From the IMG/VR virus record IMGVR_UViG_3300047545_000306, positions 1 through 64,000 of that record: a stretch of 64,000 nucleotides of DNA; one strand, 5' to 3'. The notes under the pieces were generated by a model, which made no database searches, was not told the origin of the DNA, and was given only the letters and a program-made list of their open reading frames with translations. Each line of letters opens with the position of its first letter. The first letter of the stretch is position 1. Positions 26,305 through 34,869 of the stretch are shown piece after piece. Made by a program: the position numbers and the translations under genes. The DNA is from a virus. Taxonomy: Duplodnaviria; Caudoviricetes.

Positions 26305-27114
26305 CTAATTTTTGTTATCATCGTTACTCCTATATATATTGTATGCAAATTCTGCATAAAAATCATGCATCGCTACCCCTGGATGAGCCTCATCTAGAGC
26401 ATACTCAAAATAGTCCTTGAGCTGATGCTTGCCGTTTTTCTTGGCAAAGTCATACATGTGGCGGTGCATCCTATCCATGTCGTACTGATAGAAATCATCA
26501 AGGTCTCTTCTGAAATCAGCTACCTCAGATCTTATAGACATATCATCCCAAGTAAATGTTATCAGTTTTATGCCTCTTTGTCTACACATCTTGGCTAGCT
26601 GCTGGTACTTTCCGAATATCAGCAAGCCTGTTGCGTTCCTTGTGCATTCATCGTCTGACTCTGATCCAGATCTTAGGTATCGATCTTCACGATCTAGGTC
26701 TGGCAGATTTAAAAATATCACGTCTGGATCTCCGAAGGTACCGATATATGTGAGTATCTGGTTACAAATGCCTATCACTGTTCCGCCAGGCTGAGCAATA
26801 TTAAAGTATCCAGACAGACTCTCTTCTCTAGATATTCTGTCGTATACAAGCTTGCTCCATACAAAATCTAATGGCATCCCTTCGCCTGCAGTTACAGAAC
26901 AACCTGCAAATAGAACATGCTTGCCGTTGTGAATCCTTGTTAGGTCATCCGATCTAGTTCCATAGTTGTTAAACTGATAGAAGGTGCTAGGATCTAGCCC
27001 CAACTTTTCAATAGACTCAAAGGTTTTATTCAGGCTATCGTCGCAGAAAGATATGGAAACCATGTTGTCTTTTATTGAGTGGTACTCTGGCACCCCCATA
27101 ATATCTCTTATCAT
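26305..27114 (-). CDS. SGNH/GDSL-like protein (paralog of 6637-7452)
   Basis: HNGKHVLFAGCSVTAGEG..DEAHPG..HDFYAEF. Confidence 0.6.
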   Translation of the reverse strand: MIRDIMGVPEYHSIKDNMVSISFCDDSLNKTFESIEKLGLDPSTFYQFNNYGTRSDDLTRIHNGKHVLFAGCSVTAGEGMPLDFVWSKLVYDRISREESLSGYFNIAQPGGTVIGICNQILTYIGTFGDPDVIFLNLPDLDREDRYLRSGSESDDECTRNATGLLIFGKYQQLAKMCRQRGIKLITFTWDDMSIRSEVADFRRDLDDFYQYDMDRMHRHMYDFAKKNGKHQLKDYFEYALDEAHPGVAMHDFYAEFAYNIYRSNDDNKN

Positions 27115-27980
27115 GCGATCCCCTTAGCATTATTGGTAAATCTTTGCCTTTGCACATTACTTGTAGCACTGACCACCTCAAGCTTGTTTGGATCATAGTC
27201 AACATCATTAGTTGGATACGGTAGCTTCAGCAGCCTTTCCTTTATACCGTGCAGCTCTAGAAAATCTGGCAGGAAGTTTTCGTATAGCAGATACTCATCC
27301 CTGTTTACTCCACGATCTGGATATAACTCATCCACCATCAGGTTATAGTTGTGTTCTAGAGAGAATGGCGAGTAATACTTTTCTAAATTTCTGGTTCCTA
27401 GATCTGTATAGAGTGATTTTGGAATACAGCACACCTCAATGCCGTGCCTAAAGAACTCCAGGCTACATAGTTCACTATAACCATAGTACTTTAGACTAAT
27501 GGGATATTCGATTCTATTCATAAGTTCCAGTCTACCAAACAGAGAATGTCTGCTTACCCAGCCAGTTATTTCAAATGAGTCCGATGTATTAGTGGCTACG
27601 TCGAAGCTGAACAGGTCTTTGTAGGATATAGAAACTTGACCATTGCCAGAAAAGACAATGTCTCTGTCAGCTGCGTAATCGATCAGTGCTGTGTCCCAGC
27701 CTTTCGATAGCGTTGCTTCATCTGACAATAGTAGAACGTACTCTGCCTGTACGCTTTGCAAAAACTCGTTATGAAAATATCCCAGACCATACTGGTGGTC
27801 CCATGGCACGTGTCTGTAGGTGATGCGATCATCATACGCAAACGAATCAATCCTGTTAAGCGAGTTCTGATCTATTACGACAATCTCAAAATCACTATCA
27901 GTATTGTCAATGATAGAACGGACTGACTGCTTTAGGTTTTTACCCTTGTAGGAGTAGAGCAGTATGCTAAGCTTTCTCAT
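27111..27980 (-). CDS. divergent GT-A fold (GT2/GT60-like) glycosyltransferase
   Basis: LSILLYSYK..EIVVIDQ..EYVLLLSDE..KGWD; DxD degenerate. Confidence 0.55.
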   Translation of the reverse strand: MRKLSILLYSYKGKNLKQSVRSIIDNTDSDFEIVVIDQNSLNRIDSFAYDDRITYRHVPWDHQYGLGYFHNEFLQSVQAEYVLLLSDEATLSKGWDTALIDYAADRDIVFSGNGQVSISYKDLFSFDVATNTSDSFEITGWVSRHSLFGRLELMNRIEYPISLKYYGYSELCSLEFFRHGIEVCCIPKSLYTDLGTRNLEKYYSPFSLEHNYNLMVDELYPDRGVNRDEYLLYENFLPDFLELHGIKERLLKLPYPTNDVDYDPNKLEVVSATSNVQRQRFTNNAKGIA

Positions 27981-28719
27981 TCTTGCCTACCCCCATAAAA
28001 ATTTTCTTTATCCAGGTTGTTCTTTTGTAATGTGCATAGATAGATGATCGTCTATTCTCTGCAAGTAACTCCTGGTAGTCGTGTGTCTCTTCACTATCAT
28101 CTATCTCCATCTGCCAGTCATCACGCTTGAACGGTATCATCTGGAATATAGGAGTGCCCTTGGGAATTGTCCCACGAAAGTTTCTTTTTAGGAAGAACGT
28201 TATTAATACTGACAAACCCCAGACATCTGATTCTACTATCCCAGACTGAATAAAGAATGGTAGGTCATACCTGTTCATGGGATGGGTTATGAGAACTGAG
28301 TAACCTGGTGGTGTCTCATAGTACCAGTTCATCTTGATCCCATAGTGAATTGGATGACAGCCTTCTGGTACTGGCAAGTCTAGGTCTGGTCTAACATCTG
28401 CTAGGAGCATGTCTGCATTCCAAGATAGTGTTGGTTTTCCATGCTCATCTAAAGAGACATGTAGGTCATCCTCTAGCAAATACATGTATCCAGCAGTCAT
28501 AGCATCCAGAAATGGTGGACACATCTTTGTAGAAACATTTGCAGAATCTGTACCTGCAGTATTTTCTGGATAAAGACTTTTTTCGCTGTTACTATCTATA
28601 TGCTTTGCCAGGCTTTTGTACCATTCTGGAACATGCTTGGAAGCTGGTTCTGGTGGAATTAAAAAATTTTTATAGTCAATCTTTGCAGGTATAAATTTAA
28701 ACTTTAAAAAGTTTTTCAC
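27967..28719 (-). CDS. DUF6065/dUTPase-like beta-fold protein
   Basis: TKMCPPFLDAM..GY..TPPGYS..HPMN..G.V.SD..IPKGTPIFQMIPFKR. Confidence 0.6.
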   Translation of the reverse strand: MKNFLKFKFIPAKIDYKNFLIPPEPASKHVPEWYKSLAKHIDSNSEKSLYPENTAGTDSANVSTKMCPPFLDAMTAGYMYLLEDDLHVSLDEHGKPTLSWNADMLLADVRPDLDLPVPEGCHPIHYGIKMNWYYETPPGYSVLITHPMNRYDLPFFIQSGIVESDVWGLSVLITFFLKRNFRGTIPKGTPIFQMIPFKRDDWQMEIDDSEETHDYQELLAENRRSSIYAHYKRTTWIKKIFMGVGKNEKA

Positions 28720-29435
28720 TTATACTCTTTCTTTGATCTAAACTTATTCTTATAAGCATTTGAAAACACACTTCGTAGAGACAGCCTTTGCTTCTTTAGT
28801 ATTGGAAGTGCCTGAGCTTCTGTCAGCACTTCTGATGTCCACTCTTCTCTCTTAAATGGTATTACCTGCACTAGTGGAGTGCCCTGCTTAATGATCCCAT
28901 CGAAGTCCTTCTCCACAAGGAACGATAGATGACCCTCTGAAACAAAGGCATCTGTGTCAATAATTGCACTGAATGCAAACAGTGGGCTAGATCTGTGGAA
29001 TGGATTTGCGAACATTGTGCTGTAGCCTTCTGGTGTACCTACAGACCAGAATGGTTGAATACGCAACAGGTCCTTGTGATATCTATTTAGATCAATCGGG
29101 TATTCACTGTACTGCTCTGCAGCATGTGTTGAGAATAGGTCTCCCTTAAACTGTCTGATGTGCTCTGGAATAGAATATGTAAGCTTGTTTGGATCAGTAG
29201 CGTTAACATAAATGTCGCATGGGGCTGCTAAAACATACCCTGCTACTGTGATATCAAACACTGGCATGCACTTCTTAATTGTGGTTGCCACTACACCAGC
29301 ATCTAGATTAGTCTTACCTGGAGTCTGACTTGGCTGCTCTCTGTACCATTCTGGCATGTGTTTTGCAGCAGGCTTCGGAGCTTCTGCGAAGTCAGACGTT
29401 ACGTCTGTGAATGGGTGAAACTTGATAACTGGCAT
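28716..29435 (-). CDS. DUF6065/dUTPase-like protein (paralog)
   Basis: TIKKCMPVFD..GY..TPEGYS..IIDTD..IKQGTPLVQVIPFKR. Confidence 0.6.
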   Translation of the reverse strand: MPVIKFHPFTDVTSDFAEAPKPAAKHMPEWYREQPSQTPGKTNLDAGVVATTIKKCMPVFDITVAGYVLAAPCDIYVNATDPNKLTYSIPEHIRQFKGDLFSTHAAEQYSEYPIDLNRYHKDLLRIQPFWSVGTPEGYSTMFANPFHRSSPLFAFSAIIDTDAFVSEGHLSFLVEKDFDGIIKQGTPLVQVIPFKREEWTSEVLTEAQALPILKKQRLSLRSVFSNAYKNKFRSKKEYK

Positions 29436-30057
29436 AAAAATCCCTTACTTTCTTTTCTATATCTTTATTAGACTTTATTATTATATCAAACATTGGTGTA
29501 CCAACCTTGATAATGCCAAGGTTATTTTCCTTCATATGCTTACCAGTCTTACTAAAGCTGAACGGTATCATGATTGGCTCAATGGCTCCTATGTCTGGCT
29601 TTATCTTAATAAAATTAGTCATTGAGTTTCTTATTACAAAAGGTGATTCTGGTACATTCCTGAACTCTACGTCAGCATCTAGGTCTATTATCCATGGTAC
29701 GTATGCCCTGTATACCCCAGGAAAGCAGTTCTGAGAGTGTGGTGGCAACTTTGACTGATAGTACTGTCTAACCCAAGGTCTGTCTACGTTATAGAAGATA
29801 CCATCTTCATTAACCAGCAAATAGATTTCTGCATGGTTTGACTGTCTCAACACTATGCGATTGGAGTCTGCAGATATAAGCTCTGGCACTGGATATAGCA
29901 TTTCAGCATACCTGTTAATTGGTTTTATTATGGAGTCTTTATACTTGTTGCTTATGCCGTCAAAGGACATCCACTTTTTGGGAACTCTGGATTCCCAGCT
30001 AATTTTTAGAAATGGCTCATCAAATGATTCATACCATACGTTATGGTTTACACTCAT
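29392..30057 (-). CDS. distant paralog of the two downstream proteins
   Basis: PW..SPF..IIKVGTPMFDI. Confidence 0.5.
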   Translation of the reverse strand: MSVNHNVWYESFDEPFLKISWESRVPKKWMSFDGISNKYKDSIIKPINRYAEMLYPVPELISADSNRIVLRQSNHAEIYLLVNEDGIFYNVDRPWVRQYYQSKLPPHSQNCFPGVYRAYVPWIIDLDADVEFRNVPESPFVIRNSMTNFIKIKPDIGAIEPIMIPFSFSKTGKHMKENNLGIIKVGTPMFDIIIKSNKDIEKKVRDFYASYQVSPIHRRNV

Positions 30058-30076
30058 TACTATCCCATCTATTCCG

Positions 30077-30148
30077 AGCCTTCTGTCAGGATTGAACTGA
30101 CGACCTACGCATTACAAGTGCGTTGCTCTACCACTGAGCTAAGAAGGC
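30077..30148 (-). tRNA. tRNA-Thr(TGT)
   Basis: ACGCA-CTTGTAA-TGCGT. Confidence 0.93.
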
Positions 30149-30218
30149 AATGTCCCTTGCGATAGCGACGAAACACTATCCGTAGTTACCAGAGTGACGA
30201 GGGACCAATCACTCACAG

Positions 30219-30292
30219 CGATCCTGACCAGACTTGAACTGGCGACCCCTACCGTGACAGGGTAGTGCTCTAACCAACTGAGCTACAGGACC
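30219..30292 (-). tRNA. tRNA-Asp(GTC)
   Basis: CTACC-CTGTCAC-GGTAG. Confidence 0.93.
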
Positions 30293-30297
30293 AAAAT

Positions 30298-30609
30298 AGC
30301 TATGATGATCGGTCATAGCCCAGAATCCTAATAGTCTATAGTGCGGACCATAGACGAAGTAATTCTGTTTGTAGACTTGTCGGATTTGCACCGTTTGACA
30401 TGGCTTCACCTGGAGTGCTTCCAGTTACCATACAAGTCCTAGTGGGATATCAGACTAATCAGATCCACATCCCTGAGTCGTTTCCTAAGACGAGTGACCA
30501 GCTCCGAACCTATGTCGTGAGGTGCTTACACGCCAGATTAACTACTGCCTGGACAGCAACAAGTGTTGACAATTTTACGTGCACTTGTACACGTACAGGT
30601 GATTAGCCT
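30298..30609 (-). ncRNA. run of putative structured ncRNAs between tRNA-Gly and tRNA-Asp
   Basis: Multiple long complementary segments, pseudoknots and a T-loop-like element; no credible ORF. Confidence 0.6.
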
Positions 30610-30613
30610 ATAG

Positions 30614-30684
30614 AGCAGACGACCAGAATCGAACTGGCACCTTCAACTTGGAAGGATGAGGCACTACCATTATGCAACGTCTGC
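30614..30684 (-). tRNA. tRNA-Gly(TCC)
   Basis: Loop CTTCCAA, U73. Confidence 0.9.
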
Positions 30685-30736
30685 GTTTGCTTGCTTTTAT
30701 CTCATACCCAGAGAGTGGTGCAGGCGGAACCATGAG

Positions 30737-30809
30737 CTGGGACAGCAGGGATCGAACCTGCGACATTTCGATTAACAGTCGAACGCTCTGCCAGCTGAGC
30801 TATGTCCCA
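30737..30809 (-). tRNA. tRNA-Asn(GTT)
   Basis: TTCGA-CTGTTAA-TCGAA. Confidence 0.93.
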
Positions 30810-30841
30810 ATTGTCCGTTTGAGGATGGACTTCCCTTATAT

Positions 30842-31636
30842 CTAGTTTAACACATTGACAAGCTTGTTGTCCAGAGATCCAGACAAATATTTTGCAGCTA
30901 CTGCGACATTGCCAGCAGAAGTTGTATTTGCGATTAGACCCAAGACTGATGACTTGTATGAATAGACAGCCGAGTTAGCGTAATAGTCAGTCGTTGCGTT
31001 TGCAGCGAACGCACTTACAAACAATCCAGACTTGTTTACTGACCCAACAGATACAGACTCAGTGTCTTCGATACAAGCTGGATAGCTAATATTTGTCCCA
31101 CGAGTATTTCCTGTGGCAACGAAGACCTTGATTCCAGACTGCTTTAGTGATGTGATCAGTGTTCGGATAGTTGCATCTGCCTTAGACACTCCACCGTATG
31201 AAGCAGTATTTACGCTAGATGGAGTGCACCCAGCTGAACCATTAAAATACCTAGACATTGCTACAGCACCGACGCTAGATGAGTTGTTGACCACCCAGTT
31301 AAGTGCGTCGATAAAGTTGCCTGCGTTAACATCTGAAACCGATGACTTACTTGGTGAACCTGCTCTCAATGCAATGATAGGCAATGATGGGTTTTGCCTT
31401 TTAGCAACCTCTACCATAGCGTTTCCGTGATTAGCGTTATCAGAAAGGCTCTTTGACTTCTTAGTCACTACATCGGTACATGGTTGGCTTTGCAAGGTGA
31501 TGCAAGACACATTTCCACCAACCACTTGTGAATCAAAGTATGAGTCAATAATGACTAGTGACTTTGTTTCTGCGTGGGCTGGGATAGTTGTTGCTGAAAG
31601 TGCTAGGACTGATAGTGCAATAATTAGTTTTTTCAT
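30842..31636 (-). CDS. secreted subtilisin-like (S8) protein
   Basis: Signal peptide (AHA); IIDS, NHGNAM, ATGN, YPAC..SVG, TTSA. Confidence 0.75.
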   Translation of the reverse strand: MKKLIIALSVLALSATTIPAHAETKSLVIIDSYFDSQVVGGNVSCITLQSQPCTDVVTKKSKSLSDNANHGNAMVEVAKRQNPSLPIIALRAGSPSKSSVSDVNAGNFIDALNWVVNNSSSVGAVAMSRYFNGSAGCTPSSVNTASYGGVSKADATIRTLITSLKQSGIKVFVATGNTRGTNISYPACIEDTESVSVGSVNKSGLFVSAFAANATTDYYANSAVYSYKSSVLGLIANTTSAGNVAVAAKYLSGSLDNKLVNVLN

Positions 31637-31648
31637 ACCCTTATTTTC

Positions 31649-31837
31649 TTATACTAGAATTTTGATTACTGGGGCACACGGATCTCCGCCGTCTTCCCAT
31701 TCTTTTTCTTCTTCTTCCGTCATGTACGGATCTCCGTCATGCGTGTAGCAGAATGGCTCTGTGATCCATCCATTGTCAATTCCTACCTGAAGCCATTCCC
31801 AGACTTCAGACGTGTCTACTAATTGTTTTTCGTTCAT
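31649..31837 (-). CDS. hypothetical protein (leaderless)
   Basis: TTGACA-17-TATACT-6-ATG; C.THDG..GGDPC. Confidence 0.7.
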   Translation of the reverse strand: MNEKQLVDTSEVWEWLQVGIDNGWITEPFCYTHDGDPYMTEEEEKEWEDGGDPCAPVIKILV

Positions 31838-31875
31838 ATATATAGTATACGCTCTGTGTACTGCGTTGTCAAGTG

Positions 31876-32265
31876 TTATTCTGAACTTAGTAGATAGTCT
31901 GATACCGCTGGATTTTCACGTAGCACTAGCAGCATTGTGTCTTCGTACATGGCAATGAAGTAGTGTTCCCAAATAGCAATCTGATCATCTGACTGAGCGT
32001 CTTCAATGTTTGGCTTGATTCCGCTTGATCCATTAGAGAAGCGAATAGCATGAAACAGTTCGTGGAATAGCGTCTGACGCTTTCTGGATGGTGGACAGTG
32101 CTTGTCCAATACAATTGTGTTGCTCTTTTGAAGGGTATAGCCATAGCTGTCGTCGTTGATCAAGCCATCTTCGTCACGAGTACGCTCTATGACTATCCAG
32201 TCTTGTGCTCCAATCTTAATCTTGGTAGGCACTTTTGGATGCTTAATAGTTTTATTTGTTGCCAT
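31876..32265 (-). CDS. HExxH metallopeptidase-like protein
   Basis: YGYT...I.LD...QTLFHELFHA. Confidence 0.7.
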   Translation of the reverse strand: MATNKTIKHPKVPTKIKIGAQDWIVIERTRDEDGLINDDSYGYTLQKSNTIVLDKHCPPSRKRQTLFHELFHAIRFSNGSSGIKPNIEDAQSDDQIAIWEHYFIAMYEDTMLLVLRENPAVSDYLLSSE

Positions 32266-32271
32266 GCGAAA

Positions 32272-32326
32272 ACCCCTCCTAAATAGTATTTACGATTAGT
32301 ATACACCACCCAGGAGGGGCTGTCAA
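32272..32326 (-). promoter_or_regulatory. Promoter nested in an RBS-sequestering RNA hairpin
   Basis: TTGACA-17-TATACT; spacer arm GCCCCUCCUGGGUGGUGU pairs with AUACUAUUUAGGAGGGGU, which contains the SD. Confidence 0.65.
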
Positions 32327-32340
32327 GGGGTTGCCAGGGC

Positions 32341-32616
32341 TTAGTTCTGCTCTGAGTTTTTGTCAATCTTAGAGAAAGCCTGGTTGATCTCGTCTAGGGA
32401 TAGCTTGCCATCCTCTAGGAAGAATCTTGCTAGCTTCTCTACTACAGTAGCCACACCTAGAATACCAGCCATGAATACTGCTGATAGCAGGTCAATTCCA
32501 ACCACTGCTCCAGCACCTAGAACTGACAGTCCTGATGCTGCAAATACTGCTAGGATTCTCCATAGCACGTTTTTAATTGTAGCAAGTCCTCCTGCTACAC
32601 CTGTTTCTTCTTCCAT
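32341..32616 (-). CDS. membrane protein (holin-like)
   Basis: Two TM segments, DGKLSLDEIN. Confidence 0.6.
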   Translation of the reverse strand: MEEETGVAGGLATIKNVLWRILAVFAASGLSVLGAGAVVGIDLLSAVFMAGILGVATVVEKLARFFLEDGKLSLDEINQAFSKIDKNSEQN

Positions 32617-32651
32617 TTTATTGCCTTTCGGGGTTAGTGAGACTTTTTCAG

Positions 32652-32819
32652 TTAGTCATCGTTGCTTCTAAGAGGGTAAGTTAATGCCCACAAAGCTAGC
32701 GTACCTAAGATACAATAGCCTACAATTGTCTTGGCAGATCCTTCAAGGACTACCCAAGCTACAAACATACCCAGTAGCGTCCAAGCCTGTCCTAGTATGT
32801 CATTTAAAAATTTCTTCAT
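32652..32819 (-). CDS. small two-TM membrane protein
   Basis: MKKFLNDILGQAWTLLGMFVAWVVLEGSAK.. Confidence 0.65.
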   Translation of the reverse strand: MKKFLNDILGQAWTLLGMFVAWVVLEGSAKTIVGYCILGTLALWALTYPLRSNDD

Positions 32820-32820
32820 G

Positions 32821-34869
32821 TTATTCTTTTCTCCTTGTTGATCCTGATCCACCTGAAGATCCTCCAGATGCCCCACCTCCAGATGAACCTGTAGATGTGG
32901 ATGCCGCTGCTGTTGCTGAGGCAACTGCATTTACAGCTGCTCCAGTAGCAATAACGGATGCGATAACTGTCTTCTCTGCTTCCTCACGGACTGCAGGTGC
33001 CATGTCAGCACCGACGTTACCAATATTATTAAACACTTCAAGTGCTGCTCCTGCAACATCTCCAAGTAGTGGAATTGCTGCAAGCTCTGCTGATAGCTCT
33101 GCATCGTCTGCCTCTGCTGCTACTGCAAGTGCCTCTAGGGCTTGTTCGTAGGCTGGGGATCCCTGCTCTGCAGTTTCAAATACAACTAGGGCAGCTTCTA
33201 CAAGCTGTTCTACCTGGGCATCTGTTAAATCTTCTGGTGCAGTCTCTACTAGATTTGCAATCTCTCCTACTGCAGCCTCTTCTGTTACAGGTAGCTCAGG
33301 TTCTGGTTGTACTTCTGGGGTTGCTGACGGCTCTGGCTCTGGTAGCGGCTCCACGACATCCTCTGTTGGCTCTGGAGTAGGTTCCGAGCTCTCCGCAGGT
33401 GCAGGTGCTGGCTCTTCAACAGGTGGCGTGGTTGGTTCGGGATCCACTGTTGGTTCTGGTGTTGGTGCAACTGGCTCCTCTGTTGGTGTAGGTGTTGGTA
33501 CTATTATAACTGGCGTTTCAGTTGGTGTCGGAGAGGGCTGTGGCTCTGGAGAAGGAAGAGGAATTGGCTGTGGCTGCGGTTGAGGTTCAATTGCTGGTGG
33601 AGTTACTACTGGTGGAACCACCACCTGTAATGGCACTATTGACCAAGTAAATCTAGTAACCTTTACTACTCCTCCACAAGGGTCACCAAAGGTGCCGTTG
33701 TCTAATGCTACAGTTATGGTTGTCTGACCGATCATCATACCGCCAAGAACTGAAGAAACGTCTGCTCCACATGTAGTGTCATCTGGTGAGCCGTACCATG
33801 CACGTACAGAGTAGAACTCCCATCCTGCAGGTGCTGTGATGGTTACAGTTTCGCCTTCCCAGTTTTGCTGAGCCCACCATGGCTGCTCTACAACCGTTGT
33901 CGGTGTTGGAGTTGGTGTAGGCTCTGGTGTTGGAGTTAGTGCTAGAATGGCAGCCTCTAGCCCAGGGATTGCAGCTAGAGCTGTGCTCAAACGTGCCTGG
34001 GCTGCCTGATTAGCATTTAATGCTGAGCTGTAGGCAAGCTGTGCAGTTGCCAAGGCTGTCTGGGCTGATACAACTGCTGCAGACTCTGTCTCGCCATAGG
34101 TAGTTGTTTCTGGTATGGTGGTTGTAACGCTAGCAACAAGACTAACATTGTCAATGCTTCCAGCGAAGTTGCCGTTCCAATAACCGTTGTCCACTAGTCG
34201 GAATCCGATGTCCCATCTAACCGCATCGTCAGACAGGCTGTAGGTTGCTGCAAAGTGTGTCCAAGGGAATATGTCAGCACGATCTCCAGTATTGTAGTAG
34301 TTTAGTCTCTGTCCTGCTGCGTTGTATGTGCGAAACTCTACACGATATCCATCAGCCTGTGGGCGATTGCCATCGTTAAAGTTGTTGTTTGACATATCGT
34401 ATGAGAATGTAACTTGTCTAACTGGTGATGGAAATGTTCCAGTTTGAGATATAAAGTTGTATATGTAAGACCCAACCAAGACACCGTCATATACACGAGC
34501 TATGTTAGAGTTGATTACAGTTTCTGGATACCCCATGGCAATGTTTGACCAGTTAGATGCTGTGTCGAATGTTCCATTTATCACCTGTTGCTGTGCTACT
34601 GATGTAGTAACGGATGGCGTTACTACTGCTGTTGCCAACTTGGCAACTAGTGCAGAATCGTAGGCTGCCTGAGCGTCTAAAACATCCTGACTAGCAGAAG
34701 CCAGTCTGGCTGCTGTGTCGATTGCGTCTTGGCTAGCAGCAGCGACCTCCTGCTGTCCAGCAACTAGGGCTGACTGAGCCTCATCTAAGGTTTGAGCATG
34801 AGCTGGGGTAGCAAAAAACAATGGCAGGAATGCCATCGATAGTGCTGCTAAGAATCTTGGGGTTTTAAT
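32821..34869 (-). CDS. secreted protein with carbohydrate-binding-like and SUEL/Gal-lectin domains and a long Pro/Thr/Glu linker
   Basis: Signal peptide (AHA); NGTF beta-sandwich; A.YG..C..N..FGDPC.GV.K lectin motif; PTPEPTP repeats; probable ATT start at 34869 (ATG alternative at 34836). Confidence 0.75.
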   Translation of the reverse strand: MKTPRFLAALSMAFLPLFFATPAHAQTLDEAQSALVAGQQEVAAASQDAIDTAARLASASQDVLDAQAAYDSALVAKLATAVVTPSVTTSVAQQQVINGTFDTASNWSNIAMGYPETVINSNIARVYDGVLVGSYIYNFISQTGTFPSPVRQVTFSYDMSNNNFNDGNRPQADGYRVEFRTYNAAGQRLNYYNTGDRADIFPWTHFAATYSLSDDAVRWDIGFRLVDNGYWNGNFAGSIDNVSLVASVTTTIPETTTYGETESAAVVSAQTALATAQLAYSSALNANQAAQARLSTALAAIPGLEAAILALTPTPEPTPTPTPTTVVEQPWWAQQNWEGETVTITAPAGWEFYSVRAWYGSPDDTTCGADVSSVLGGMMIGQTTITVALDNGTFGDPCGGVVKVTRFTWSIVPLQVVVPPVVTPPAIEPQPQPQPIPLPSPEPQPSPTPTETPVIIVPTPTPTEEPVAPTPEPTVDPEPTTPPVEEPAPAPAESSEPTPEPTEDVVEPLPEPEPSATPEVQPEPELPVTEEAAVGEIANLVETAPEDLTDAQVEQLVEAALVVFETAEQGSPAYEQALEALAVAAEADDAELSAELAAIPLLGDVAGAALEVFNNIGNVGADMAPAVREEAEKTVIASVIATGAAVNAVASATAAASTSTGSSGGGASGGSSGGSGSTRRKE

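Noticed and set aside
30152-30205. Hammerhead ribozyme on the plus strand (CGAAAC and TGACGA)
   Set aside because: The core would need CUGANGA; the sequence is GUGACGA and the helices do not fit.
30298-30609. tmRNA
   Set aside because: No G3:U70 alanine acceptor, GGGG/UCCA ends or tag reading frame recognised.
30685-30735. Hairpin between tRNA-Asn and tRNA-Gly
   Set aside because: Pairing is short and imperfect; insufficient to call an ncRNA.
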